A stretch of 64,000 nucleotides of DNA from Chloroflexota bacterium (GTDB lineage Bacteria > Chloroflexota > UBA11872 > VXOZ01): assembly GCA_965221905.1 (NCBI GenBank), contig OZ244922.1, positions 416,001 to 480,000 on the forward strand, in the 5' to 3' direction. Each line of letters opens with the position of its first letter. Positions within the stretch are counted from its first letter, which is position 1. The position numbers were made by a program, and so were the translations under genes. Positions 49,044-59,772 of the stretch are shown here, piece by piece. Below the pieces are notes generated by a model. It was not told where the DNA came from. It saw only the letters and a program-made list of their open reading frames with translations, and did not search any database.

Positions 49044-50399
49044 TTGAGCGCCAAAACGTCAGCGCCTGAACCGGAAAGTTCCAGTGCGGTAGAGCCGGAG
49101 GGCACCCGCGGCAGCTCATGGCCGGGTGCGCAGTTTTTCAATCGCACCTTCGAGGCGCTATCGGTTCCTGCCTACCGCGACATGTGGTTGGGTATGGTGG
49201 TCTCCTTTGGCGGCCTGCAGGTTGCGATGGTTTCTCGCGGGTACCTGGCATACGACCTCAGCGGATCCGCCGGCATGCTTGGGCTGGTCGGTTTGGCGAC
49301 GGGACTGCCTATGCTCTTCTTTTCACCTTTTGCCGGCGTGCTGGCTGACCGCGTCGACAAGCGCCGTCTCCTCATAGGCTCGCAAGTTTTCATGTTAACG
49401 GTTGCCTGCCTGCTGGCGCTCCTCATTCACACGGGTTTGATTGCCGTCTGGCATCTCATAGTATTTGGATTTCTGCAAGGGATTGCGTTTTCGCTCGGCA
49501 TGCCCACGCGATCGTCGCTGATTCCCGCGTTGGTGGGGCGCGAGCGGCTCGGCAACGCCATCGCCTTAAGTAACTCCGGCCGGAACATGATGACAATTGT
49601 CGGGCCTGCCATCGCGGGGATCATCATCGTCACGCCGGGGTTAGGCACGGCCGGGGCTTTCGATATCACGGCGCTGTGTTACGGCGTGGCGACGCTCTTC
49701 ATACTGCGGCTGCCCAAGGGAGCGGGCAGCGACAAAAAAGCGGAGCCCGGCAAGTTCTCCTCGCAGATGTTCGCCGGCTTCAATTACGTGTTCACCGAGC
49801 GTACGCTGCTGCTGCTCTTGGTCCTGGCCTTCGTGCCTATTCTGCTTGGCCGACCCTACCAGATGCTGCTCCCCGTCTTCCAGGCTGACGTATTGGGCGT
49901 TGACGCGCGCTGGCTCGGTTTCCTGAACGCCGCCTCCGGCGCGGGCGGTCTGCTGGGTTCACTGCTCGTGGCCTATTTTTCGGCAAGCCAGCACGCAAAG
50001 TTGCTGCAGACCGTCTTCGGCGGGTTATTTGGTATCTCGCTGTTGCTCTTTGCCAACACCTCTTGGCTACCCTTGAGCCTTGTGCTGGTCGGGTTCGTCG
50101 GTCTTACGGCAAATGCCTACTTTTCCCTGAACAACACGTTGGTGATGCTGCATACCGACCAGGCCTACTATGGTCGGGTGATGAGCATCTACATGATGAC
50201 GTTTTCGCTCATGATGTTCGCCGGATTTCCCATGGGCTTGCTCGTTGACCGCTGGGGCGCGCCTCAGGTGGTCGGTATCGCCGGCGCCATCATCATGCTC
50301 TTCATCCTGGCGATCTCGCTGGCGGTGCCCTCCATGCGCAGACGGGACGAAGGCACACCGCAGACTGCTCCGCCGAGAAGTGGGCCCGCCCCGCTGTGA
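49044..50399 (+). CDS. MFS transporter
   Basis: GVLADRVDKRRLL motif A, ~12 hydrophobic segments, GRVMS. Confidence 0.9.
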   Translation: MSAKTSAPEPESSSAVEPEGTRGSSWPGAQFFNRTFEALSVPAYRDMWLGMVVSFGGLQVAMVSRGYLAYDLSGSAGMLGLVGLATGLPMLFFSPFAGVLADRVDKRRLLIGSQVFMLTVACLLALLIHTGLIAVWHLIVFGFLQGIAFSLGMPTRSSLIPALVGRERLGNAIALSNSGRNMMTIVGPAIAGIIIVTPGLGTAGAFDITALCYGVATLFILRLPKGAGSDKKAEPGKFSSQMFAGFNYVFTERTLLLLLVLAFVPILLGRPYQMLLPVFQADVLGVDARWLGFLNAASGAGGLLGSLLVAYFSASQHAKLLQTVFGGLFGISLLLFANTSWLPLSLVLVGFVGLTANAYFSLNNTLVMLHTDQAYYGRVMSIYMMTFSLMMFAGFPMGLLVDRWGAPQVVGIAGAIIMLFILAISLAVPSMRRRDEGTPQTAPPRSGPAPL

Positions 50400-50516
50400 G
50401 TTGAGTGCTTGTCTTGCTATGCATACCTGGATACACTGAATGCTCGCTCCTAGGCGTCGAAGTGCAGCTTTGCACATAGGGCGCGGCAGGATGGCTCGGT
50501 CGGATGGAGCAGTGTA

Positions 50517-51350
50517 ATGGGTCAAGCGCGCTCGCATAGGCACTTCTCTAAGCGGTTTGTGCTCATCGGGATTGTCTTCTCAATTCTGATTTGCATTGCT
50601 GCGGGTCTCGTCCTTTGGCGCGCGATTCACCGGGATGCAGATTCGGACCGGATGCAGTCTGTTGACATACACTGGGGTTACGCAGAGGACATTGGTCCAG
50701 CGCGGTGGGGCGACTTGTCACCTGCATTTAAGGAGTGCAAACAGGGATTAGAACAGTCGCCTATCGATCTGACCGGTGATGCTGAAGCGAGACCGTACGT
50801 ACTTGAGTTCCGCTATCTGTCCTCGTCGCTAGAGATCGTCAATAACGGGCACACAATTCAGGTGAACTACGTGCCCGGCAGCATGCTCATCGTTGGTGAT
50901 AGAGAGTATGCGTTGTTGCAGTTTCACTTTCACCGCCTAAGCGAGCATACGGTCAGAGGACAGCCCGCTGACATGGAAGTGCACCTGGTGCACCGTGACG
51001 CCGCCGGAAATCTCGCTGTTGTGGGTGTTTTCCTGACGGTTGGGCGGCACAACGAGGCGTTGCAACAGGTGTGGGCCAACATGCCGGCAGAGAAAGGCGA
51101 GAAGCGGCTGGTGGATGGGGTCTCGGTCAACGCCGCAGACCTGCTGCCTGCGGATGAATCCTACTATAGCTACACCGGATCGCTCACGACGCCGCCATGC
51201 AGTGAAGGCGTGCGCTGGTTCGTCCTCAGTAGACCGGTGGAGGTCTCCCCGGAGCAGCTTGCCCGGTTTGCAGCGCTCTTTCCGGACATTGCCCGACCGG
51301 CACAACCGCTAAATGACCGGACGGTATTTTACAGCCAGCCAGCCGACTAG
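50517..51350 (+). CDS. alpha-class carbonic anhydrase with N-terminal anchor
   Basis: QSPID, NNGHTIQ, QFHFH, EVHLVH, GSLTTPPCSEGV. Confidence 0.93.
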   Translation: MGQARSHRHFSKRFVLIGIVFSILICIAAGLVLWRAIHRDADSDRMQSVDIHWGYAEDIGPARWGDLSPAFKECKQGLEQSPIDLTGDAEARPYVLEFRYLSSSLEIVNNGHTIQVNYVPGSMLIVGDREYALLQFHFHRLSEHTVRGQPADMEVHLVHRDAAGNLAVVGVFLTVGRHNEALQQVWANMPAEKGEKRLVDGVSVNAADLLPADESYYSYTGSLTTPPCSEGVRWFVLSRPVEVSPEQLARFAALFPDIARPAQPLNDRTVFYSQPAD

Positions 51351-51382
51351 CCGGGTCTCAGGGCGCAATGTTGCTGAAACGC

Positions 51383-52702
51383 TCAGGCTGTAGCCGAAGT
51401 ATCTTCATCGAGAAGCGTGACTTCATGCTCGGCGGTTGGGACAGGGCGCTTGCTCTCGGACGCCACCAACTTCGGCTGCTCGCGTTTGGCAATGACGTCA
51501 GCGGTAACGATGACTTCTCGCACGTCATTGCGGGAGGGCAAGTCGTACATCACTTCCAGCAGCGCCTCTTCCATGATCGTCTGCAGTGCGCGCGCGCCGG
51601 TCTTAAGACTCTGCGCCATCTGCGCTGCTTCCTCCAGGGCATCGTCCTGAAATGTGAGTTCGATATCGTCAATCGAGAACAAGTGCTGATACTGACGGAC
51701 GGGAGCATCGCGCGGCTCGGTAAGCACCTGGATCAACTCATCATGCGTGAGCGCATCCAGGGCGACCGTCACCGGCAGGCGACCGACGAACTCTGGAATG
51801 AGGCCGTACTTCAGGAGATCGTCCGGTGAGATCTGACGGAGGAGGTTCTTTTCCTCTTCGGCCCGCTCGGCGGCATTCATGGCGCCGAACCCAATGCGGT
51901 TGTGACTGCCAATGCGCTTCGCAATGACTTCGTCTAGACCCTCGAATGCGCCGCCGCAGACAAAGAGAATGTTGGTGGTGTCGATCTGTATGAACTCTTG
52001 GTGCGGGTGCTTGCGGCCGCCCTGCGGGGGTACGTTTGCCACCGTGCCCTCGATGATCTTGAGCAACGCTTGCTGCACGCCCTCGCCGGAAACATCACGC
52101 GTAATCGATGGATTGTCCGCCTTGCGGGCAATCTTATCGATCTCGTCGATGAATACGATCCCGCGTTCGGCAGCGGCGGTATCGTATTCCGCGGCCTGAA
52201 TGAGACGCAGAAGGATGTTCTCCACATCCTCACCCACATAGCCGGCTTCCGTCAGGGACGTGGCGTCGGCAATGCAGAAGGGAACCCCGAGGATACGCGC
52301 GAGCGTGCGCGCCAGCAGCGTCTTGCCGCACCCCGTCGGCCCGATGAGAAGCACATTGCTCTTGCTCAGCTCCACGTTTTCATTCTTTTCACCACTGGCC
52401 ATGCGCTTATAGTGGTTGTAGACCGCAACCGCCAGCACCTTCTTCGCGTGCTCTTGGCCGACCACATACTCGTTCAGGAACTCGTGGATTTCTCTGGGGC
52501 TTAGCAGTCGGCTCGGCCCGGCGCTATCCTTCCGTTGGCCTGCCGGGGACTGCTCCTCATGAATCAGCTCACGACAGAGGTCAACACACTCATCGCAAAT
52601 GTATACCCCGTTTTGCCCGGAGATCAGCCGGCGCACATCTTCTTGCGCCTTACCGCAGAACGAGCATCGATACTGGCCCCGAGTTTCGCGACGACTTGGC
52701 AA
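51383..52702 (-). CDS. clpX: ATP-dependent Clp protease ATP-binding subunit
   Basis: CSFCGK Zn finger, [21 protein letters not shown] loop; TTG start with AGGAG. Confidence 0.97.
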   Translation of the reverse strand: MPSRRETRGQYRCSFCGKAQEDVRRLISGQNGVYICDECVDLCRELIHEEQSPAGQRKDSAGPSRLLSPREIHEFLNEYVVGQEHAKKVLAVAVYNHYKRMASGEKNENVELSKSNVLLIGPTGCGKTLLARTLARILGVPFCIADATSLTEAGYVGEDVENILLRLIQAAEYDTAAAERGIVFIDEIDKIARKADNPSITRDVSGEGVQQALLKIIEGTVANVPPQGGRKHPHQEFIQIDTTNILFVCGGAFEGLDEVIAKRIGSHNRIGFGAMNAAERAEEEKNLLRQISPDDLLKYGLIPEFVGRLPVTVALDALTHDELIQVLTEPRDAPVRQYQHLFSIDDIELTFQDDALEEAAQMAQSLKTGARALQTIMEEALLEVMYDLPSRNDVREVIVTADVIAKREQPKLVASESKRPVPTAEHEVTLLDEDTSATA

Positions 52703-52741
52703 CGCTAATCTCCTTCGTGTTGAGGCGCTGGATTGGTCATA

Positions 52742-53362
52742 CTATCTGCCGGCTACTCCGTCTGTCTCAGGTGTCTTGACACTGGACGGCAAGACATCAT
52801 CGATAAGACCGTACTCTTTGGCTTCTATGGGGTCCATCCAGAAGTCTCGCTCGCTATCACGCTCGATCTTCGAGAGGTCCTGGCCCGTGTGTTGCGCAAT
52901 AATCGAGTTCACCTGGTTACGGGTGCGCAAGATTTCGCGCGCCTCGATCTCGAGATCGGAGGCCTGCAAAGGCCGTGAGGCTTGCGTCCATGGTTGATGG
53001 ATCAGCATGCGCGAATTGGGAAGAGAAAACCGCTTGCCCGACGCGCCACCGGCGAGTAGTAAGGCGGCAATGCTGGCTGAAAGACCCATGCAGTAGGTCG
53101 CCACGTCATTCTTGATGTACTGCATGGCGTCGTAAATCGCCAGACCCGAATGCACGCTGCCCCCCGGCGAATTAATGTAGAGACCGATGTCAGCGTCGCC
53201 ATCTTCACTCGAAAGCAAGAGCATCTGGGCGATGATGATGTTCGCCACGTTATCATCAACCGGTGTGCCGAGGAAGATGATCCGATCGCGCAAGAGACGC
53301 GAAAATATGTCCATGCCGCGTTCGCCGCGGTTCGTCGTCTCAATGACGTACGGAATGAGCAT
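52742..53362 (-). CDS. clpP: ATP-dependent Clp protease proteolytic subunit
   Basis: [21 protein letters not shown], catalytic Ser (SAS), IHQP, ERDF. Confidence 0.95.
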   Translation of the reverse strand: MLIPYVIETTNRGERGMDIFSRLLRDRIIFLGTPVDDNVANIIIAQMLLLSSEDGDADIGLYINSPGGSVHSGLAIYDAMQYIKNDVATYCMGLSASIAALLLAGGASGKRFSLPNSRMLIHQPWTQASRPLQASDLEIEAREILRTRNQVNSIIAQHTGQDLSKIERDSERDFWMDPIEAKEYGLIDDVLPSSVKTPETDGVAGR

Positions 53363-53762
53363 TCATTTCTCCTTATTTCCACTTGGTCTTTAGAATGTAA
53401 GTGCTGTTGTCACGTGCTTGTCACTCAGGGCGGTGCCTTGGGCACGGAAGCCTGCTCTCTCGTTTCACGCTAACTATACCCTGGCTGACAGCCAATCTGG
53501 AACTAGGTTTCGTATTCGCACACTACCTCTGCATCAATTTAGTTTCTAGACACGCTCCGGTTGTTGCTCGAACTCGCGGCTTAGCGCGGCAATCACTGTC
53601 TCATTCAAACCGGCTTGGGTCACTGCGCCCGCAGTTGGTCTTTACCATTATAGACCGCTCTCCGCCCCTCGGTCACTTTGCTTGGACGAGATGTCCGCAG
53701 CCACGAACCGGCCGCTCGCCGAGAGAGGGTATCCTTTCTCCTGGTGTCTACATGCAGCGGCA

Positions 53763-54737
53763 TTAGGCAGAAACTTCCGTTGCCGCCGTCTCCGGTCGCG
53801 CCACGGTAGCGTACAGGTCTTCCAAGTAGTGCGTGGCGGCCACTGCTGCCGTGGTCGCATCGCCGACTGCGGTAGTAATCTGCTTGGTCAACTGCGTCCG
53901 CACGTCACCGGCAATGAAGAGTCCCGGCACATCGGTTTCCATGTGCGATCCGGCAATCAAGTAGCCGATTTCATCGCGTTCCACCGCTTCTTTGATGAAT
54001 TCGGTGTTGGGATCAAAGCCAATGAAGATGAATACGCCGTCGGTCTCGTGGACCCATTCCTCGCCTGTCTTGACGTTGCGCAGGCGCATGCCGGTGACCG
54101 CGCCGTCATCCCCGACTATGTCATCAGCCACCGTGTCCCAGATGATCTCGGTATTAGGATTGGCCATGAAGCGGTCTTGGATAATCTGCTGGGCGCGCAG
54201 TTTGTCGCGCCGGTGCACCAGATAGAGCTTGCTAGCGAAGCGGGTAAGGAAGAGGCCCTCTTCCACCGCCGAATCTCCGCCGCCGACGACCGTAATCACA
54301 CGGTCGCGGAAAAAGGCGCCGTCGCAAACGGCGCAGTACGAGACGCCGCGCCCAGCGTATTCGAACTCGCCAGGGATGTTCAACGGAGTCGGTGTTCCAC
54401 CGGACGAGATGATCACGGCGCCTGCGCGGTATTCATCACCGTCTGCCGTGCGGACAACCTTCTGCCAGTCGTCCGAATAGACTTCCGTAACCTCAGCAGT
54501 GAGTATCTGTGCGCCGAACGCCTGGGTGTGGGAAACCATCTTCTCGATGAGGTCGGCGGCGTCGATGGACTCGAACCCTGGGTAGTCTTCAATCAACGAG
54601 GTATTGATGAGTTGCCCACCGGGCGCCATCTTTTCAAGTATTACGGTATCGAGCCGTGCCCGCGCGGTATAGAGCCCCGCGCACAATCCAGCCGGGCCGG
54701 CACCGATTACGATAACATCGTGGTAGGAAGTTGCCAT
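53763..54737 (-). CDS. trxB: thioredoxin-disulfide reductase
   Basis: GAGPAG, GVSYCAVCDG, GGGDSA, HRRD, AGDV. Confidence 0.95.
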   Translation of the reverse strand: MATSYHDVIVIGAGPAGLCAGLYTARARLDTVILEKMAPGGQLINTSLIEDYPGFESIDAADLIEKMVSHTQAFGAQILTAEVTEVYSDDWQKVVRTADGDEYRAGAVIISSGGTPTPLNIPGEFEYAGRGVSYCAVCDGAFFRDRVITVVGGGDSAVEEGLFLTRFASKLYLVHRRDKLRAQQIIQDRFMANPNTEIIWDTVADDIVGDDGAVTGMRLRNVKTGEEWVHETDGVFIFIGFDPNTEFIKEAVERDEIGYLIAGSHMETDVPGLFIAGDVRTQLTKQITTAVGDATTAAVAATHYLEDLYATVARPETAATEVSA

Positions 54738-55110
54738 TCGCCTCATTCGTCCTTTCAATCACACATTGGGCCCAGGGCACCAGCACACTGCGCAGACTCT
54801 GCCTGTCGGCAGAATTCGAGTCACTCCGATATGGGACTAAAATTCGCCGCTTTGCGGGCCCTCCTCTTTCAGAGTACCAAACCCGTGAACCCGCTGCTAC
54901 ATTCTGTACCGATTCGCTCTCCGAGTCGCGCTGCGGACTACGGTAGCTGCCCAGCCGGTACGCTCCACCAATCTCAAGCGCTTTCGTGGTATCTTACTTC
55001 TTGCGGTACGTGGCAAGCGTGCGGAGCGTGGCGCGAGGGCACAGGCCCAATGCTGTTGCCTTTTCGCCACTGCAGTAGGAAACGTGGCGCCACGTGATCT
55101 ACCTTTCACG

Positions 55111-55134
55111 GTAGCGTAGGTTTGCAACCTGCGC
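55111..55134 (+). repeat. family B GTAG REP
   Basis: GTAGCGTAGGTTTGCAACCTGCGC. Confidence 0.75.
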
Positions 55135-55472
55135 CTATCGGATGTAGTCGTGTGTCCTTCTCAGTGGCGTGACCCCTGAGATGCGAGAGAACAACCACGG
55201 CAACCGGCGGCCCTGAGTGACATTTATCCATTGCGCTAAGGTTTCCGGCCATATGCATCGGAGACGCCTCCTTAGAACAACCGCTTGCTGCAATTCAAAG
55301 ACATCTTCATCCAAACTTTTGTATTAGGATTTACGCACTTGAAAGCAATTTCGTATCTGTAACTACGCGCTATTCAGCGAGAAAACTTTCAACTGCGAGA
55401 ATCCTATGTATAATTGGTTTCGATGAAACACACCTGGGCTGACCATCAGGCAACTGGCTAAAGAGAAGCAAA

Positions 55473-56423
55473 ATGCCACAAATAAATGCACTGGAACCCG
55501 TGAGCTTGCGGGATGTATTCCCCGACGAGGCGAGGGACTTCACCCCGTGGCTGGCGAACCATCTGCAATTGTTGGGGTCCAAGCTAAACCTTGCCCTGCA
55601 ATTGGTAGCGGTGGAAGCCACTTTGCCAGAGGCCGGGCGAGTCGACATCATTGCGGAACAGGTCAGCACCGAGGCCAAGGTGGTGATTGAAAACCAGTTG
55701 GGGGTTTCCGACGATTCCCACTGCCTGCGCCTCTTGGGATACGCGGCGAATGCTGAAGCCAACATCCTGGTGTGGGTGGCGCAAGACTTCACCGACTACC
55801 ACCGCAGCATCCTGTCGTGGCTCAACGAAAGCGACAACATCGCAGTGTACGCCGTGGCGGTGAGGACATACCGAGTGGCGGACGCCATAGCCGCCGACTT
55901 CCAGTTAGTCGTCGAACCACCGCAATCCCAATCAGGAGCAACCTCCACTTCCACCAGAATGACCACGAACACCTACTACGCCGACTTCTATCGCCCGGTG
56001 GTAGCGCAACTGCGGCGATCGGGATTGCCTCCGGTAAGCCGGGGTGGATGGAGAGGCAGGTGGCGGTCATTCCAATCGGGACACTCGAAAGTGGTTTACG
56101 CCGCAGGGCTGAGCGAGGAAAAGGCGTGGGCCTTCCTGGCCGTGAACGGGGACGACAGTCAACGTATCTATCACGCGCTGAGCCAACACCGAGCCGAGAT
56201 AGATGCAAAGTTGAACGACGGCGCCGAGTGGGATTTGGGAATGGATTCTGCCTGGATGGGGCTGCGAAAAGAGGCAGTGCTCAGCGATCCAGATGTAAAC
56301 CTTGAAGCCGTAGGAGACTGGATCGCTGAAAACCTTTTGAGGCTACGGGACGTAGTGAAACCGCACTTGGATGAGGTGATGAACAACGCAGCCAACTCGG
56401 AAGCCAACAAGGACGCCGGATGA
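55473..56423 (+). CDS. NucS-like nuclease domain + DUF4268-like protein
   Basis: LRDVFPDEARDFTPWL, RVDII...VVIENQ, SDDSH. Confidence 0.7.
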   Translation: MPQINALEPVSLRDVFPDEARDFTPWLANHLQLLGSKLNLALQLVAVEATLPEAGRVDIIAEQVSTEAKVVIENQLGVSDDSHCLRLLGYAANAEANILVWVAQDFTDYHRSILSWLNESDNIAVYAVAVRTYRVADAIAADFQLVVEPPQSQSGATSTSTRMTTNTYYADFYRPVVAQLRRSGLPPVSRGGWRGRWRSFQSGHSKVVYAAGLSEEKAWAFLAVNGDDSQRIYHALSQHRAEIDAKLNDGAEWDLGMDSAWMGLRKEAVLSDPDVNLEAVGDWIAENLLRLRDVVKPHLDEVMNNAANSEANKDAG

Positions 56424-56611
56424 AGCTGACAGATCTGATTGCCGCCGCGCCGTGGCGTGAGGCAGTCACTTGCCGAGATACGAGACCCCACGAGTATGTG
56501 TTGCCCCAGTGGGACGGGCAGCGGACCTTGGTCGAGGCCGTGTGTCGCCGGGACGCGAAAGTCCCGCGCTCCGTATCAATAGCGCAGCCGAAGGAGCAAC
56601 GAGATGAGTGA
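56420..56611 (+). pseudogene. short, probably truncated hypothetical gene
   Basis: ATGA overlap; protein-like N-terminus PWREAVT..T.PHEY that decays toward the end. Confidence 0.35.
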
Positions 56612-57947
56612 GCAACTACGCGCAGGCGCGGCTACGGCGAACATTACGCCCTGGCTGGGCATCGCCATGCGCGGCGCCTTTCGCGACGTGACCCACGCTG
56701 ATACCGTGCATGACGACCTCCTCGCCAAGGCGCTGGTGCTCGACGACGGCGCGCGGCAGATCGCGTTCGTGCTCTGCGACCTGACCATGATGCCGCGCTC
56801 CATGATGGATGCGGTGAAAGAGCGCATTGCGGTCCGTGCCGACATCCCGGCAGACCACGTGCTCATTGCCTCGACCCATACCCACTCTGCGCCCGCCACT
56901 GTAACAATCGGGTTCATGGAGGAGCAGACCGAATACACAGCCTGGGCCACGCGCAAGATTGCCGACGCCGTGGAAGTGGCCGTGCGGCGTTTACAGCCGG
57001 CCCGCATCGGCTTTGCCAGCGTTTCGGAGCCGCGCATCGCCTTCAACCGCCGCTACCACATGCGAAACGGACAGGTGCACTTCAATCCCGGCGTCGGCAA
57101 CCCGGATGTAATCAGGCCCGCCGGCACTACGGACCCGGAGTTCACGCTCTGCTACGTTGAGAGCAATGACGGTCAACCGCTCGCCGTGCTGGGGAACTAC
57201 GCGCTGCACTACGTGGGCACGGATACCGGTGCGGAGATATCCGCCGACTACTTTGGACACTTCTTCCGCGCCATCCAACACCTGCTCGGCCCGCAAACGG
57301 TGGGACTGCTCTTCAACGGCGCTTCCGGCAATATCAATAACGTTAACGCGTTCAAGTCCTGGCCCCATAGAGGCCACGCGCAGGCGGCGCGCATGGCGCG
57401 CGTGCTGGCAGGCCACGTGCTGACCGAAATCCAGTTAATGGAGATGCACGACCACGTGGCGTTGGGCGCGGCGGTTGACGAGTTCGATTTCGCCCGCAAG
57501 AAGACCACCGACGAGGACGTGGCAATTGCAGACAAGGTGCTAAGCGGCGAATACACTTATTCCGAGGGGCCGTTCTCAGCGGTAACCGGCCAGCCCATCT
57601 ATCCGCATTGGGCACCGGCCTATGCTCGCGAAGTCAAGGTGTTGCATACGTTACCGCAGACCCTTACTTCGACGATTCAGGCGCTGCGTGTGGGTCCCGC
57701 CGGCTTTGCCGCGCTGCCCGGTGAGATATTCGTGGAGATCGGCCTGGCCGTCAAGGAGGGCTCTCCGTTTGCGCCGCAGTTCGTCATGAGCCTTGCTAAC
57801 GACTACCTTGGTTACGTTGCAACCGACGAGCAGCTTGCACTGGGCGCGTATGAAACCTGGCCTTCTCGCTCGGCAATCGGCGGCCCCGGCATCGGCCAGG
57901 CTATGGAGACCACGGCGCTGGCATTGCTCAATTCGTTGGCATTCTAA
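56604..57947 (+). CDS. neutral/alkaline ceramidase N-terminal-domain-like hydrolase
   Basis: NITP, HDDLLAKALVL, STHTHSAP, FNRR, ISADY, PGEIF, LANDY.GY. Confidence 0.75.
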   Translation: MSEQLRAGAATANITPWLGIAMRGAFRDVTHADTVHDDLLAKALVLDDGARQIAFVLCDLTMMPRSMMDAVKERIAVRADIPADHVLIASTHTHSAPATVTIGFMEEQTEYTAWATRKIADAVEVAVRRLQPARIGFASVSEPRIAFNRRYHMRNGQVHFNPGVGNPDVIRPAGTTDPEFTLCYVESNDGQPLAVLGNYALHYVGTDTGAEISADYFGHFFRAIQHLLGPQTVGLLFNGASGNINNVNAFKSWPHRGHAQAARMARVLAGHVLTEIQLMEMHDHVALGAAVDEFDFARKKTTDEDVAIADKVLSGEYTYSEGPFSAVTGQPIYPHWAPAYAREVKVLHTLPQTLTSTIQALRVGPAGFAALPGEIFVEIGLAVKEGSPFAPQFVMSLANDYLGYVATDEQLALGAYETWPSRSAIGGPGIGQAMETTALALLNSLAF

Positions 57948-58049
57948 CGGGTTGTGAGGTAACTGACCCGTGGGTGGAGTCTTGTAAAGGGAGAAGTGCA
58001 CTTCGGTAAGTCCCTGGTGTCCGCACGAGGAACGATACGGCTTCATTAG

Positions 58050-58168
58050 CGTCACTCCCGCGAAAGCGGGAGTCTAGGGGTATTGAGAAAGTGGATTCCG
58101 CGGTCGTGAAACGGGGTGGAAGTCTACTTGTATTGAGAAGATGGATTCCCGCTTTCGCGGGAATGACG
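58050..58168. repeat. inverted pair of family C palindromes (REPIN-like)
   Basis: CGTCACTCCCGCGAAAGCGGGAGTCTA and TGGATTCCCGCTTTCGCGGGAATGACG. Confidence 0.8.
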
Positions 58169-58250
58169 GGCCGTTGTTTCTCTATTCCCACTCTTCAAGG
58201 GGTTGTTTAGACACTAAGACTCGCATACGAAAGAGGAGAGTCCAATAGCC

Positions 58251-59306
58251 ATGTTCGACGGATTGCAAACGGGCCTGCACAATATTGCGCTGCTCTCGGA
58301 TGCCGAGACGCGCTCGATTTCGGCGGAGAATCCAAACGGCGAGCGGGGAGGAGGCGCAAAAGCGATACCTGCGGATGGCAGCGCGGCTTCGCTGCTCGGT
58401 CCGGGCTGGAAAGTGCGGCCCTCCATCAAATTGCCGCCGCAGAGCACGACGACGCTCGCTGAGATCACAGGGCCAGGCACCATCCAGCACATTTGGCTCA
58501 CCGTGCGGCCCCAAGCGTATCGCAGCACGGTCTTGCGCTGCTACTGGGACGGTGAGAAAACTCCCTCCATCGAGGTGCCGCTGGGCGACTTCTTCTGCAA
58601 CGGCCACGCCTTGCGCTACGACGTTAACTCCCTGCCGATTGCGGTGAATCCTACCGGCGGCTTCAATTCCTATTGGCCCATGCCCTTCCGCCGCAGCGCG
58701 CGCATAACCATCGAGAACGAATACTGGGAAGAGATCCCGGGCTTCTACTATCAGATTACGTACGCCTTGGCTCCGGTGCCGGAGAACGCTGCGTACTTCC
58801 ATGCCCAGTGGCGACGATCTATGACGACCCGCGAGTATCCCGAACACGTGCTCCTGGATGGCGTATCGGGACAGGGGCAGTACGTGGGCACGTTTATCGC
58901 GTGGTCGCAGTTCTCCAACGGCTGGTGGGGCGAGGGCGAGGTCAAGTTCTATATGGACGGCGACACCGATCATCCCACGATCTGTGGCACGGGTACGGAG
59001 GACTATTTCGGCGGGGCATGGAATTTCGGTGACCGGACGTTCTCAACGCCCTTCCTCGGCTATCCGCTCTACCGCCAAGACCCGGTTGAGGTGCCGCTTC
59101 ACGGCATGTACCGCTGGCACATCATGGACCCCATCCGCTTCAAGCAGGACCTAAAAGTGACCGTGCAGGCGCTCGGCTGGTGGCTCAACCGCAAGTTCGA
59201 GCCGCTTACGGACGACATAGCGTCCGTTGCATACTGGTACCAAACGTCGCCCCACGCGCCGTTTCCCACTTTGCCGACGCTCGCCGCACGCTGGCCGCGC
59301 ACGTAG
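58251..59306 (+). CDS. DUF2961 / glycoside hydrolase family 172 protein
   Basis: RSISAENP.G, HIWLT, VPLGDFF, WWGEGE, GTGTEDYF, YRWH..DPI. Confidence 0.9.
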   Translation: MFDGLQTGLHNIALLSDAETRSISAENPNGERGGGAKAIPADGSAASLLGPGWKVRPSIKLPPQSTTTLAEITGPGTIQHIWLTVRPQAYRSTVLRCYWDGEKTPSIEVPLGDFFCNGHALRYDVNSLPIAVNPTGGFNSYWPMPFRRSARITIENEYWEEIPGFYYQITYALAPVPENAAYFHAQWRRSMTTREYPEHVLLDGVSGQGQYVGTFIAWSQFSNGWWGEGEVKFYMDGDTDHPTICGTGTEDYFGGAWNFGDRTFSTPFLGYPLYRQDPVEVPLHGMYRWHIMDPIRFKQDLKVTVQALGWWLNRKFEPLTDDIASVAYWYQTSPHAPFPTLPTLAARWPRT

Positions 59307-59506
59307 ACCTATAGTTGGGACAGGCCTCCACTGCACAGAGCCCTTTGCCAAGTGCCTCGGGCGCTGATTACGGCGATTGCTGCCCGCACATCTAAGGGCT
59401 GCCTGTCCAATGCCTACGGTAGTTTCTGCCGTAACTGCGTCTTTGCGCAAGTCGGTTTTGTCCGGCCATTATCGGCGAGGATTCCCGTCAATTGAAAAGG
59501 GAGTGG

Positions 59507-59535
59507 TTGACAGTCTCAAGGTTGCGCAATACTAT
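59507..59535 (+). promoter_or_regulatory. sigma70-type promoter with palindrome TTGCGCAA in the spacer
   Basis: TTGACA-17 bp-TACTAT. Confidence 0.65.
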
Positions 59536-59772
59536 TACCATAGTCTCGTGGTTTGGCAACACCTTGTGCATGACCGACGTTCTACCGGAAGACATGCGAC
59601 TCTTTGCGGCACCGCAAAGAGTGGAAGTGGTCTTGCCATAAAGGTGTCGTCATAGAGTTGAGGAAAGGAGGTCGGGTATCGAAGGCAGGCATCCGGTGGG
59701 GTATCGAGATGTCTCGAACGCGCAAACACCCCGTACAGAGATGACACTTACATTAAGGGAGAAATCTGTATC

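Noticed and set aside
53682-55097. 471-aa + strand ORF and other long antisense ORFs (e.g. 565-1446, 9992-11026, 41778-43031)
   Set aside because: Shadow ORFs opposite well-supported genes in GC-rich DNA.
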